DNA of 64,000 nucleotides. It comes from Zootoca vivipara (Eukaryota). Each line of letters starts with the position of its first letter. The first letter of the stretch is position 1. A program made the translations under genes and the position numbers. Positions 40,974-61,000 of the stretch are shown here, in pieces. Location of the stretch: NCBI RefSeq assembly GCF_963506605.1, contig NC_083294.1:4030001-4094000 (forward strand), given 5' to 3'. The notes beneath the pieces were generated by a model. That model saw nothing but the letters and a program-made list of their open reading frames with translations, had not been told where the DNA came from and did no database searches.

Positions 40974-43822
40974 TCTAGAAAGGTAGATGACAAGTCATTC
41001 TAAAAATTTTAAAAAAAATACCCAGAAAGGTAGATTGCAAATAATAATTGGGGGGGGGGAGAGAGAGAGGAAGTGGAGAGCCCACTTCCTGCCTGTGACA
41101 TCTCTATGATTTTAACCCTCCGTCTGCCTTCCAGGAAATCGGGGAAGGACGCCAACGGCGCCAGCATAGCCAAAAGACCCCTCCCTCCACTGCCGTGAGT
41201 CCGGCCCTCCGGGGGCGGGGCGGGTGAGGGTCAAAGGTCGGGGCGGGTGCCCAACTGAGCTCCTCTCCCGGTGTGATTGCAGCCCGCCCCGCCCGGAGCG
41301 CGTCTACTTAGCGTCGAGGGCCACGCCGGGGTATGAGCGGCTGGTGGCGGCCACCCCGTGAGTAGCTGCCCCTCCCCCGTCCCTGTCCATCATTCTGGGT
41401 TTCAGGGGGTGGGACCAGATGACCATCGTCCCATACCTATTAATCATTCTGGGATTCAGCTTGAGGACCATGGTTGTACCGTACCTGTCAATCATTCTGG
41501 GATCCAGGGGTCAGGACCAGAGGACCATGGTTGTCCTGCCCCTGTCAATCATTCTGGGATTCAGGGGGCGGGGCCAGGGGGCCATGGTTGCCCCGTACCT
41601 GTCAATCATTCTGGGATTCAGGAGGTGGGACCAGAGGAACATGGTTGCCCTGTCCTGGGAAATGTAGCACCCTGTCCCCCCTCCTTCCAGGCGTACCCCG
41701 GACGGGGCCTACCTGAGCCCGGACGAGTTGAACCCGGGTCCCAGGTAAGTCTGCGTCCCCTCACCCCCACCCCATCCCCCAACGCCTGGGCTCCCCCCCG
41801 GACGCCCCCCTCACCCAGCTCCTCCTCCATTTCCCAGAGTCCACCAGGTGCCGACTTACCAGAAGATGGGCGTCTACCAAGCCGCCGGGTCTCAGTCACC
41901 GAGGAGCAAGTTAGTAGTGGGGGTGGGGGGTGGAGGACCCGCCTTCCCTGTCAATCAAGCCAGGGTTTGGCGGGTCAGGATAGATGACCCAGGGAACCCT
42001 TCCCTGTTTCCAGGGCTGTTCCGGAGAGCGAATACATCACCGTCAATCCGGCGCCGGGTTTTTCCAGGTGCGGTCTCCCCCCCCCCCCCCCCGGTTCTCT
42101 TCCATTCTATATNNNNNNNNNNNNNNNNNNNNNNNNNNNNNNNNNNNNNNNNNNNNNNNNNNNNNNNNNNNNNNNNNNNNNNNNNNNNNNNNNNNNNNNN
42201 NNNNNNNNNNNNNNNNNNNNNNNNNNNNNNNNNNNNNNNNNNNNNNNNNNNNNNNNNNNNNNNNNATATCTGAATTTTAGATCTGTCGTTCCCCTGTCCC
42301 TATCTCTGGGTATCAATTATCAATATCAGCCGATTAATGAGACTGGTATATAGATATAGAAATATATAGTCATATATTTCACACTTCCTCCTTCCAGCCC
42401 TGCTCCGGAGAAGACGTATTCTGGGGCCGGAAAGATCCGCCCCGGCGCCGAGGGCGAAATCTACGGCACCCCAGAGGGGACAAAGCCGGAGCGATCGTAC
42501 GTGGGCGGAGAAAATCGCTGGGGGGGGGTGTAGAAGGGGAAGGTTTTCCGGGGTCAGGGGAACTCTCCCCCCCGAAGGTGGATAAGAAGGGGGTTGGGCA
42601 GCATGGCTTTTGGGCCCAGCTGGGGGTTGGGCCAGATGACCCCGGGGTCCCTTTCGGGTGCGATGGCTCGGCCGTCCTGTGAATCTCGACTGATGGNNNN
42701 NNNNNNNNNNNNNNNNNNNNNNNNNNNNNNNNNNNNNNNNNNNNNNNNNNNNNNNNNNNNNNNNNNNNNNNNNNNNNNNNNNNNNNNNNNNNNNNNNNNN
42801 NNNNNNNNNNNNNNNNNNNNNNNNNNNNNNNNNNNNNNCTTTTCTTTCTTCCTGCTTCTATTCTTCCCTTCTTCTTCCCCCCTTCCCTTTACTTTTTCCT
42901 GTTTTTTCCCTTTCCTTCCTTCTTTCCCTCCTTCCCCCTTCTTTCTTCCACCTTCCCTCCCTCTCTTCCTCCCTCCCTCCCTCCACTTCCTTCCCTCCCC
43001 CTTCTTTCCCTCCCTCCTTTCTTACCCTCTCCTCCCTCCCTCCCTCCCTCTTTCCTTCCTTCTCCATACCTCCCTCCCTCCTTTCTTACCCTCTCCTCCC
43101 TTCCTTCCTTCCTTCCTTCCCTCCCTCCCTCTTTCCTTCCTTCTCCTTCCCTCCCTCCCTCCCTTTCTCCTTTCCTTCCTCCTTGTTTCCTTCCTTTTCT
43201 TTCTTCCTTGCTTCTATTCTTCTCTTCTTCTTCCCCCCTTCCCTTCTTTCCTTTTTTCCTGATTTTTCCCTTCCTTCTTTCCCTCCTTCCCCCTTCCCTC
43301 CCTCCCTTCTCCCTCTCTTCCTCCCTCCCTCCCTCCCCCTTCTTTCCCTCCCTCCTTTCTTACCCTCTCCTCCCTCCCTCCCTCCCTCTTTCCTTCCTTC
43401 TCCATACCTCCCTCCCTCCTTTCTTACCCTCTCCTCCCTTCCTTCCCTCCCTCCCTTCCTCCCCTCCCTCTCTCTACTTCCTTCCTTCTTCCCCTCACTC
43501 CCTCTTTCCCTCCCCTTCCCTACTTTCTTCTTCCTTCCTTCCCTCCCTCCCACCTTCCTTCGTTCCCTCCATCCCTCCCTCCTTCTTTTGTTTCTTTCCC
43601 AGAGGCCAAGCTTCCCCGATTGCCGAGACACCAGTTTCCGGGTGAGTCAGTCGCCCTCCTCGAATCCACAGTTTTGGAAATAAATCCCGGAATGATTAAC
43701 AGGGAAGGGGACTCAGGGTCATTTAGCCCCACCCCACTGAATCCCGGAATGATTGACAACTGTCGTTCCACTTGCACCCATTTCACAGGCGGGAAAATCA
43801 CATTTACGAGGAAGTGGAATGA
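38163..43822 (+). CDS. TMEM210: TMEM210-like type I membrane protein with a tyrosine-rich cytoplasmic tail (~301 aa, 13 exons)
   Basis: Exons 38163-38214, 38298-38404, 39011-39085, 39175-39208, 40051-40201, 41135-41194, 41283-41357, 41691-41744, 41838-41909, 42014-42067, 42398-42496, 43603-43641, 43789-43822, all GT-AG and in phase. AATAAA at 43899. The core ECDCPETLAKGTMVAIVSVLA...LLVVAICLLR resembles the TMEM210 CxC-TM segment, and the gene sits downstream of ANAPC2 on the same strand. The symbol is inferred from that core plus synteny. Confidence 0.72.
39225..39995. repeat. ~110-bp tandem repeat with GGTTCGAGTC motifs
   Basis: About six units of cttgggttcaaatttggg...ggatccttg...gggttcgagtctccagcttg. 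Confidence 0.85.
41375..41655. repeat. ~57-bp minisatellite
   Basis: cctgtcaatcattctgggattcagggg...gaggaccatggttg, five copies. Confidence 0.85.
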
Positions 43823-43944
43823 GAGGGCGCCTATGGAGATGGACGTATTTTTCGACAGGGCCTGGAGGGCACCGCTTGGGGAACGGCCTGGGGCTCCGAA
43901 TAAAGCTCCACTTTTATCTCTTATGTTTGTCCCGTGTCTTAATA

Positions 43945-45640
43945 ATTTTTTTTTAATTTAAAATAAACTTTATTTCATTTAAAAGCACATACAAAAACAA
44001 AACAAAACACAAAAACAAAACATACATTCATAATATAATATCAAACTAAATCAAATCATAATAAATCAGGGTGAAATCATACTCAAATCATATTTAAATC
44101 ATATATGAAAGAAAATTATAAATCATTCATACAAAATTACATACTTGACAACACTAAACAACAAAAAAAGAAAGAAAATCCCAATCCTTGAATTTATAAC
44201 AAGTTAAAACAAACATAAGAGAAAATTTAGGGTCTTAGGCCCTCTATTCCCCCCCACCCCTCTAAAAAAAAGGAAATTGACTTCCAGTCACCTTATACTC
44301 TGGTCTGCAATTGTTCTTTATATACACACACCTTTTCCCTATCTTCCTTTAATGTCTTTTATTTTCGTGTCTTTTATATATCTTTTATATATCTGTCTTT
44401 TTTGATATTGTTTAAGCAGGCTCCAACTTTTTTCTAAACTTGCCTCCTTTATGCCTTTTACCCTGCCCGCTCTAATTGATAGATTTTGGTATGTTACTAT
44501 CTTTTCCACCCATTCCTCCTTTTTTGGTATTCTTTAACTTCTCCAATTTGTTGCGACAAGTAATCTGCCGGCCGCTGTCGCATGCATGACTAAACATCTA
44601 TCCTTTGCCTTTATTTCATTGCTTAATAGTCCCAATAAAAACATTTCCGCGTCCTTTTTGAAAGGGTATTTAAAGATTTTTTTCAGTTCATTATATATAT
44701 CATCCCAGAACTTTTTAATTTTTTTACATTGCCACCAGATCTACATTTGTGTTCCCAGTTCTTCTTGGCATCTCCAGCATGTATGACTTACTCCTTTATA
44801 CATTTTAGCTACTTTTGTGGGTGTCATATACCATCTATATTGAATTTTTTAAAAAATTTCTTTTAAATCAAAATTTGATACATATTTCAAATCCCGCCTC
44901 TACAAATTTTCCCATCTATCAATTGTAATATCCCTCCCAAAGTCTTTAGCCCACTTAATCATTGTATCTTTCATCATTTCATCTTTGGTTTCCCACTCTA
45001 ATATCAATTCGTATAAATTTTTGATATATTTTCCCTTCCCTTCTAACAGACTATTCCCAAATTTGGACATTTCCTTCTCAAATCCCACCTTTTTATTTAA
45101 TTGAAATCGTTGCCTGATTTGAAAATATTGTAGCCATACATTACATAAATTTTTGATCTCATATTCTTTTAATTTCCAATCCCCCCCCTATATCTTCTAA
45201 TAATTCTTTATATATTGGCCATCTTATACCCATATTGACTTTTTTTACCGATATTATTTCAAATGGCGACACCCACCACGGCGTTTTAGGTTCCAGTGTT
45301 TTATGATACTTTTTCCAAATTTAATATAACGATTTCCTTATTATATTATTCATAAATACGTTATGATTTTCCATTTTATCCTTTAACATGTAGAGATGCC
45401 AACCAAAGCCCAATCCAGCTCCTTCCGAATCCAATAGCAAATTATTTTTAAAGTCCATCCAATCCTTTATCCAAACCAGCCCTACCGCATCATGGTAAAT
45501 TTCTAAATTTGGTAGGCCGAATCCCCCTCTTTCTTTTGAATCAATCATTCTTGCTCTTTTCCCATTTAAATAAATTATGTTATTTCTTTCCGCCAATCTT
45601 TAAAATCCTAAAACTGGTAGATTTTGAAATAAATATACAT
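43945..45640 (-). mobile_element. Degenerate L1-clade LINE, 3' part of ORF2 plus 3' UTR
   Basis: KERGGFGLPNL, CWRC...WWQCKKIKKFW zinc-knuckle region, and AATAAA plus A-tail at the left end. Confidence 0.8.
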
Positions 45641-45780
45641 ATTAATTTGGGCAATAATTTGGGCAATTAAAATGAGTCTTAATAATGATGATGATGATGC
45701 CAGTAGGGGGGGTTATTGGGTTTTTAACTCTGATGGTATGTTTTGTGGTTTTATATTTTGATTTTTCTTTTGCGAACCGC

Positions 45781-45823
<43 letters not shown>

Positions 45824-46134
45824 TATTCAAATAGTATATACATTCAAAAAATAAAAACAGCAATAATAATATAAAAATTCAAATAGTATATAGATTCCTA
45901 CAGTATATAAATTCAATAAATAAAAATAATATATAAATTCAAATAGTATATGAATTCAATAAATGACTATAATATATAAATAGTATATAAATTCAAATAG
46001 TATATAAATTCAATTAATAACTTATTGAATTTATATACTATGATTATAAACTGACCGAAAATCACTGAATATGTGGCTTTAAATGGGCAACTACTGTATC
46101 ACAAGCAGGCCTATTTTATTTATGTAATGATTTT

Positions 46135-47031
46135 GTTGTAAGCCAAAAATGACTTATCTTCTGAGTTAGCCAATAAAACTCTGAGACAAGAGGAGTTAGG
46201 AGTCCATTATGTTTATTGCAAAGCAATAAGGTTACAGTCGAATTTTTTCGGAATACTGCAACCCCGCCCAAAGGTCAGGCGGTATTTATAACATTTAAGA
46301 CAAAGGATTTCAATTTAACCAATCACATAAATAATCACATTATTTCATATTTAATATTCATCATCTCATTTCATATTTCATTACCTAATCTAATTGGTTG
46401 TTTAGTTGTGTCCGACTCTTCGTGACCCCATGGACCATAGCACGCCAGGCACTCCTGTCTTGCACTGCCTCCCGCAGTTTGGTCAAACTCATGTTCGTAG
46501 CTTCGAGAACACTGTCCAACCATCTCGTCCTCTGTCGTCCCCTTCTCCTAGTGCCCTCAATCTTTCCCAACATCAGGGTCTTTTCCAAGGATTCTTCTCT
46601 TCTCATGAGGTGGCCAAAGTATTGGAGCCTCAGCTTCACGATCTGTCCTTCCAGGGAGCACTCAGGGCTGATTTCCTTAAGAATGGATAGGTTTGATCTT
46701 CTTGCAGTCCATGGGACTCTCAAGAGTCTCCTCCAGCACCATAATTCAAAAGCATCAATTCTTCGGCGATCAGCCTTCTTTATGGTCCAGCTCTCACTTC
46801 CATACATCACTACTGGGAAAACCATAGCTTTAACTATACGGACCTTTGTCGGCAAGGTGATGTCTCTGCTTTTTAAGATGCTGTCTAGGCTTGTCATTGC
46901 TTTTCTCCCAAGAAGCAGGCGTCTTTTAATTTCGTCACTGCTGTCACCATCTGCAGTGATCAAGGACCTAATCTAATACGCATGTGCAATAAGCATTGCT
47001 AACTAAACTTTGATTCTTACTGTGATCTGTT
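46135..47031 (-). mobile_element. Solo LTR-like element interrupted by BovB
   Basis: Minus strand reads TGTAACA...TTACAACA with internal CCAAT, TATAAATA and AATAAA. Confidence 0.6.
46395..46965 (-). mobile_element. BovB/RTE 3' fragment
   Basis: ITADGDSSDEIKRRLLLGRKAM...VHGVTKSRT, with a 12-bp TSD acctaatctaat at 46383 and 46966. Confidence 0.92.
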
Positions 47032-48929
47032 ACATATTGTTAGTTTGCATGTATGGGAACCTGTGTTACGTGTGGATGTAACAATTTATGTTCTAGTTTA
47101 TGAATTGCTTCTTTGTGATTTACGTATTAGCTGACCTATCCCAGTAGGGACAGCTTCTTGCTGAATCATCAGTTTCTTTAAAGCAACAGGTTACCATAAT
47201 TCACTAATAAAAGCATATTCCAGGATTTATAGGGAATTACATTATTACCTTAATTGAGGCCCTGCTACATTCCTTCCTTTGACTTCAAGCTAAAGGTGCG
47301 AGATTACTCGCACCGATCAGCTTGACACTTATGTAACTCATTCAGCTTGACCCTCAGGTAACTCATCTTGACCCTCCTGAGGCAATTGTTGATATTGCAA
47401 AAGTAACTGCTTTTGGGCCATGTTTTTGGACTATGTTGGGAAGGATTTAAATACAAATTGTCATCAAAATTTGGTACTGGGTTGGCACCATTCCTTTTAG
47501 CCAATAAGACCAGTGCAAATCCCCCTACTAACATCCAAAAATGTATAGAATTGCTATTGCTCTATTTGGATGAGGGCGCTAAAAATAAGGGAGTCTTTTA
47601 GAGAGCAAACCAGCTTCCGGAGTGTGACGTAGGGATCCTGATGGTACAATGTCTATTCTAAGTCAAAGTCTTGGTCCTAAGCACACGTCCTGGTGCTCAC
47701 AGACCAAAGGTGAATCCAAGGAACAAACCCCCCAGCAATCGCAGTCTGTGGTCAGCAAAAGCAGCAAACAGTCCTCGCCAGCGCGGTGTCAATGGCTCAT
47801 CCATCCACAGATTCAGCCAGATGTGTACTGGTGCAGAGGCCATCAAAGGGGTATGCCCAAGAACGCACCTGGGGAGAAAAAGAAACAAAACACGGCAGAG
47901 AGAGACTGTACATGGTGATGTAATGCATGTCCCCCAACAACCACCAGCCCACTGTTGACCCACAGGAGAAATTTGGAGGGTCTAGGGAATATCTGCAAAC
48001 AGGGCAATGGGGTCTGCGAACAGGGCAATAGGGAGAAGCTCTGACAGAGCTAGGTTGCTTGACAGAGCCAAGCCACTGAATTAGGTTTAGAGCCATCGGT
48101 TGGCAACTCTCATTGTTCTACACTCCTGTGGCGGCCAGCTTGGCGGGTTTGCCAACTCCGCTCTATGGTGTTTGCTTCGACAATGGATTAACCCTTCGAT
48201 GTGCTCTTTCAAAAGGTGACAGTTTCAGGGTTCTTTTTGGGTAACAACAAATTCTGGGCAGGGTAATAGGGAGTACCTCTGTCTATTTTATCACAGCCTC
48301 TGAAGTGTTTGCTTTGTCCACTCCTCCAATACCCCGGAACCAGAGCCACCTTTGGGCTCTCCTCTCATCGTCCCATGCTTCTGCCATGACAGGCAGCCTG
48401 GCGGGCCACCAACTCCTTGGCGGGCCGTCAACCCTGCTCCACAGCGTTCCGTTTGGACGATGGAGTCACCCCTTGGATGTGCTCTGCAACATGGGCACGG
48501 AGGGTTGTGAAAGCACACTCCAAATCTGTGTAGAAGATAGACATTGCCCTCAAAATGTGTACACATTCCTTTTCCATCCTTTTTTTCTTCTTCCAATTAT
48601 TCCAAATTTATGCCCCCGGCCTGTGTACCAGTTGCACCCCACTCTCCCTCTTTTTCTCCTGAGTGTAAAGGTACCCACTTCCTCACAATGTCAGGTCTAC
48701 TACTGTAGCTGCTGCTTCCAAGAGCCCCACCTTTTCCAACCCCAACATTCCATTCTTCACTTGCCACCCTTATTCCTCATTACATTTCATTTACATTCCT
48801 CAACCGTACTCTGTTCACATATTCCCTGATCATTGGGAGCCAGGCTCCTAAGCCAGGGATTGTGAGGCTCCCCCTGAGGCCCCCCTTCCACCCTCTTGCT
48901 TACTGCCTGCACACCACTCTCCCCCCACA

Positions 48930-50200
48930 AAACATGAAAATGTGTCAAAATATATATATACAGGGTGCAGGAAAACTACAGTTCAGCCAGTTGTCAAAAG
49001 CCAGGGCAGAACTGCAGTAAAACTTTTTTTAAAATGACTACTTGTGTTAAAACAGTGAACACCGGGTGCAAAAAACTACATGTCATTCTGAAAGCTTTAA
49101 AAAAATGTGAAAAAGGTGAACAGGTAAACAACAATTCAGTATAAACTAGTAAGTAGGCCAATAAGAGCAGGAGGCCTGAGCCTGGTGATAGGAGAAAGCA
49201 ATGTAACGACACACACATAAAAGCCATACACATACAGTACAGAGGCCTACCACTGCAATACGCCTGGAGAAAGGTTCAGCCAGGGATATAGAGAGCTTTT
49301 AGGAATAGGCTCACTCAGAAATCACACAGAGCTGACTCATTGAACAGGCTCTCCCAGATTCACATAAGCGCGCAAACAAATTCACAATTCACACAAGATA
49401 GTTCAGGGTAGGCCCGAAAGCCAGGACCAGTTCAGGGTAGGCCCGCTATTAAAAGCCAATACCAGTTCAGGGTACAGGTGTGGGGATGCACAGATAAACA
49501 ACAGGTACCAAAAAAAAAAACAAGGCCAGAACTACAAAAAACTCAACAAAATGTGAAATTGTGTTTAAAAAATGAAATACAGGGTGCAGGAAAACTACAG
49601 TTCAGCCAGGTGTCAAAGGCAAGGTCAGAACTGCTGAAAACCTTAACAGAACGTGAAATTGTGTTAAAAAATGAAATACAGGGTGCAGGAAAACTACAAT
49701 TCAGCCAGGTGCCAAATGCAAGGGGCAAAACTTGCAGGAAACCTAAAAAATGTGAAAATGTGTCAAAAAGGAAATACAGGGTGCAGGAAACTACAGTTCA
49801 GCTAGGTGTCAAAGGCAAGGTCAGAACTGCTGAAAACCTTAACAGAACGTGAAATTGTGTTAAACAAAATGAAATACAAGGGTGTAGGAAACTACAGTTC
49901 AGCCAGGTGTCAAAGGCAAGGTCAGAACTGCTGAAAACCTGAAAAAAAAATACTTGAACTCGGGTTAAAACAGGGTGCAGATGTGCTGGGGAAAACTAGA
50001 GGTCAGCCTGGTGCCAAAAGCAAGCGAGGTGATAACAGGGTGCAAGATAAACAGGGTGCAGGAAACTACAGTTCAGCCAGGTGTCAAAGGCAAGGTCAGA
50101 ACTGCTGAAAACCTGAAAAAAATACTTGAACTCGGGTTAAAACAGGGTGCAGATGTGCTGGGGAAAACTACAGGTCAGCCTGGTGCCAAAAGCAAGCAAG
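48930..50200. repeat. ~110-bp satellite-like repeat
   Basis: acagggtgcaggaaaactacagttcagccaggtgtcaaaggcaaggtcagaactgctgaaaacc units. Confidence 0.85.
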
Positions 50201-50259
50201 GTGATATTAGAAAGCACACACACGTCACTTGCCCCCACCTTCCCAGGCCCCACCTTCTC

Positions 50260-50833
50260 ATGGCCACTGGTCCCATCACCTCCTGGCAAATAGAAGGGGA
50301 AGAAATGGAGGCAGTGAGAGATTTTACCTTCTTGGGCTCCTTGATCACTGCAGATGGTGACAGCAGTCACGAAATTAAAAGACGCCTGCTTCTTGGGAGA
50401 AAAGCAATGAAAAGTGAGAGCTGGACCATAAAGAAGGCTGATCGCCGAAGAATTGATGCTTTTGAATTATGGTGCTGGAGGAGACTCTTGAGAGTCCCAT
50501 GGACTGCAAGAAGATCAAACCTATCCATTCTGAAGGAAATCAGCCCTGAGTGCTCCCTGGAAGGACAGATCGTGAAGCTGAGGCTCCAATACTTTGGCCA
50601 CCTCATGAGAAGATAAGAATCCTTGGAAAAGACCTTGATGTTGGGAAAGATGGAGGGCACTAGGAGAAGGGGACGACAGAGGACAAGATGGTTGGACAGT
50701 GTTCTCGAAGCTACGAACATGAGTTTGACCAAACTGCGGGAGGAAGTGCAAGACAGGAGTGCCTGGCGTGCTATGGTCCATGGGGTCACGAAGAGTCGGA
50801 CACGACTAAACGACTAAACAACAACAACAACAA
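50260..50833 (+). mobile_element. BovB/RTE 3' fragment with an internal deletion
   Basis: MATGPITSWQIEGEEMEAVRDFTFLGS...RTRLND and an (AAC)n tail. Confidence 0.92.
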
Positions 50834-51043
50834 AATGTGATTATTTATGTGATTGGTTAAATTGAAATCCTTTGTCTTAAATGTTATAAATACCCCGCCT
50901 GACCTTTGGGCGGGGTTGCAGTATTCCGAAAATATTCGACTGTAACCTTATTGCTTTGCAATAAACATAATGGACTCCTAACTCCTATTGTCTCTGAGTT
51001 TTATTGGGCTAACTTGGAAGATAAGCCATTATTGGCTTACAAC
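50834..51043 (+). mobile_element. 3' half of the same LTR-like element
   Basis: Reverse complement of 46135-46341. Confidence 0.7.
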
Positions 51044-51414
51044 ATTAGCATACAGGTAAACAGGAGGTAAACAGGATTAACATAAGGTAACAATGCACGA
51101 TGTCCCAGGACATTGATATGCAAGTACCAGTAAGTATATGGGAGGGGATCCTTGAGTACCTGGCCGGGGGGGGGGGGGGGGAATGGGTCCAGGTGTGAGT
51201 ATTGCCTCTGGCTTCGGAGGGTCAGGAATGGCAGGAGATGGTACCTGTATGGATTATGGATATGCAGAGGAGCACCACCCTGGCCACGTGAACTCTTGCT
51301 TAAAAGGATTATGGCTGTTCCCTGCATCCCTGAGAGCCCTTGGCCCGAGTAGCAAAAGGGGGGTTTCATTTAGAAATACAGATACATGGTATTCATTCAT
51401 AAAGAAATATGAAA

Positions 51415-51500
51415 AAATTCCTTCAGTAGCACCTTAAAGACCAACTAAGTTTTTATTTTGGTATGAGCTTTCGTGTGCATGCACACTTCCTCAGATACAC
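51415..51500. mobile_element. Penelope-like terminal fragment
   Basis: ccttcagtagcaccttaaagaccaac...gagctttcgtgtgcatgcacacttc; a related fold-back copy lies at ~55030-55110. Confidence 0.5.
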
Positions 51501-52179
51501 CATGAAGAAATATGGTTACATAGAATCTCAGGCAACAGAGAAAGGGTAGGAAAGAGAGCCTTTATTACACAGGGCTTGATCTTGAGGGGTTCGTGTTGGT
51601 GCGATACTAGAGTGGTGTTGTAGGATCAGACAGGGTCCCCTTGAGGGCATTTGTGCCAATCTTTATTCCCAAGTGAAGCCTCGTTCGGGTGCCCCCCCTA
51701 TAAAATTCCCTAACAAATTTCATTTATTTTTGTTTAAAAATGGACCATTAGTTTATCTCAAGCTTCGTTCCGTGAGGGGAAAAAGAGTAGGCCTCACCTG
51801 ATTGCTAGGGAGGCTGAGGCAGGCCTAATTTATTTAATGGCTTCTTTGATTTAATGATTTATGCTTTAAACAGGCCACTAGTTTAATTCAAGCTGGCCTA
51901 TTTATTCAATGGTTTATTTCATTTATTTATTTGTTTGTTTTAAAATGGACCGTTACTTTAGCTCAGGCTTCATTCCGTGAGGGAAAATGTGTAGGCCTCA
52001 CCTGGTTGCTAGGGAGGCTGAGGCGTTGTCAAGAGCCTATTTTCTTTATTTATTGGTTTATTTCATTTATTTATTTATTTTTTAAACGGGATACTCATTT
52101 ATCTCAGGCATTCCTATTTTATTTATTTCATTTAATTTCATTAATTCATTTATGCTTTCAATGGGCCACTAATTTATCT

Positions 52180-53184
52180 CAGGCTTCGTTCTCTGAGGTG
52201 AAATGTAAAGGCCGCGCCTGGTTACTAGGCGCCCGACGCGTTGCCAAGGACGCGGTTGCTAGGGCAGCCCGTGATGCGTTACACAACGGAGAAATGTCCG
52301 AGCGCGTTCCTGCGCCCCGGCCGTTGACGTCGCGTGCTGGGCACGAAGCAACCAATCCTGAGCCTCCTCTCCATCCTTTCCGACCAGGCATTGGCTGTGC
52401 TGACTAAGGGGCGGGATTAAAAAATCAATAGGGGGCGAGAAGGAGTGAGGTGTCGGACAAATGAGAGAGAGGCACGCTAAAATGCAAGCGGCAAACGTCT
52501 AATGGGCGTTTGGCGCGCGGGTGGCCGAGCTCAAAAAAGACCAATGGGAATCGATAAAATGCAAGCGCAAAGGAGCGGCATGGGTTTCGTCCAATGGGCG
52601 TCTGTGTCCGCGTGGGCGGGCTCGGAAAAGACCAATGGGAACCGATAAAATGCAATCGCAAAGGAGTGGCGTGAGTCTCGGCCAATGGACGTTTTGCGCG
52701 CGGGTGGGCGGGCTCGGAAAAGGCCAATGGCACCCGTCTGATGCGCAAGGCCTCGAGGTGGAAAGAAGAGGAGGGCGACTTGAGGAAACGAACCACCTCC
52801 GACGGATGGCCAATCAGACGCGGCGGTGGCCTTGATGGGCGGGGTGGATAAAAAGAGGAGGCCCAATAGGCTGAGAAAACGAACCTCCTCCGACGAGGGG
52901 CTGGAACCAATGTGGTTCGTTTCTTGCAGGAAACGCACCTCGGCCAATGGGCGCCGCCGCGCGCGCGCCTTCCATCCAATGCCCGCCTCGCGGAGGCGGG
53001 GCCGTGGGCTTCCTCCGCCCTGCTCGCCGAATCCGTGGCTCCCGCGCGCGCCGCTTCGGTTGCCCAATCAGCGCCCGCGCCGTCGCGCCTATATAAGGCG
53101 GAGACCGTTGCCAGGACGCAGCCAGCGTCCCGCGCGCGTCCAACGATCAGCATCTCCTTTAGCCGCCCAAAAGCAACCGCCGTC
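52180..53184 (+). promoter_or_regulatory. TUBB4B CpG-island promoter
   Basis: TATA (ctatataagg) at ~53089, many CCAAT boxes, GC boxes and X-box-like GTTGCTAGGG/GTTGCC sites. Confidence 0.75.
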
Positions 53185-59205
<6,021 letters not shown>

Positions 59206-59279
59206 GAAGACAAAATATGCTCGAGAGACTTTAGACAGCTTTATTGGACCCCATCCCCTTGGCATATTGACCCCCCTTC

Positions 59280-61000
<1,721 letters not shown>

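Noticed and set aside
41358-41987. 209-aa ORF with PVNHSGIQ repeats
   Set aside because: Intronic minisatellite; the true exons here are in another frame
47649-48829. Possible gene or retroelement ORFs
   Set aside because: No recognisable motif or consistent exon chain; left unclassified
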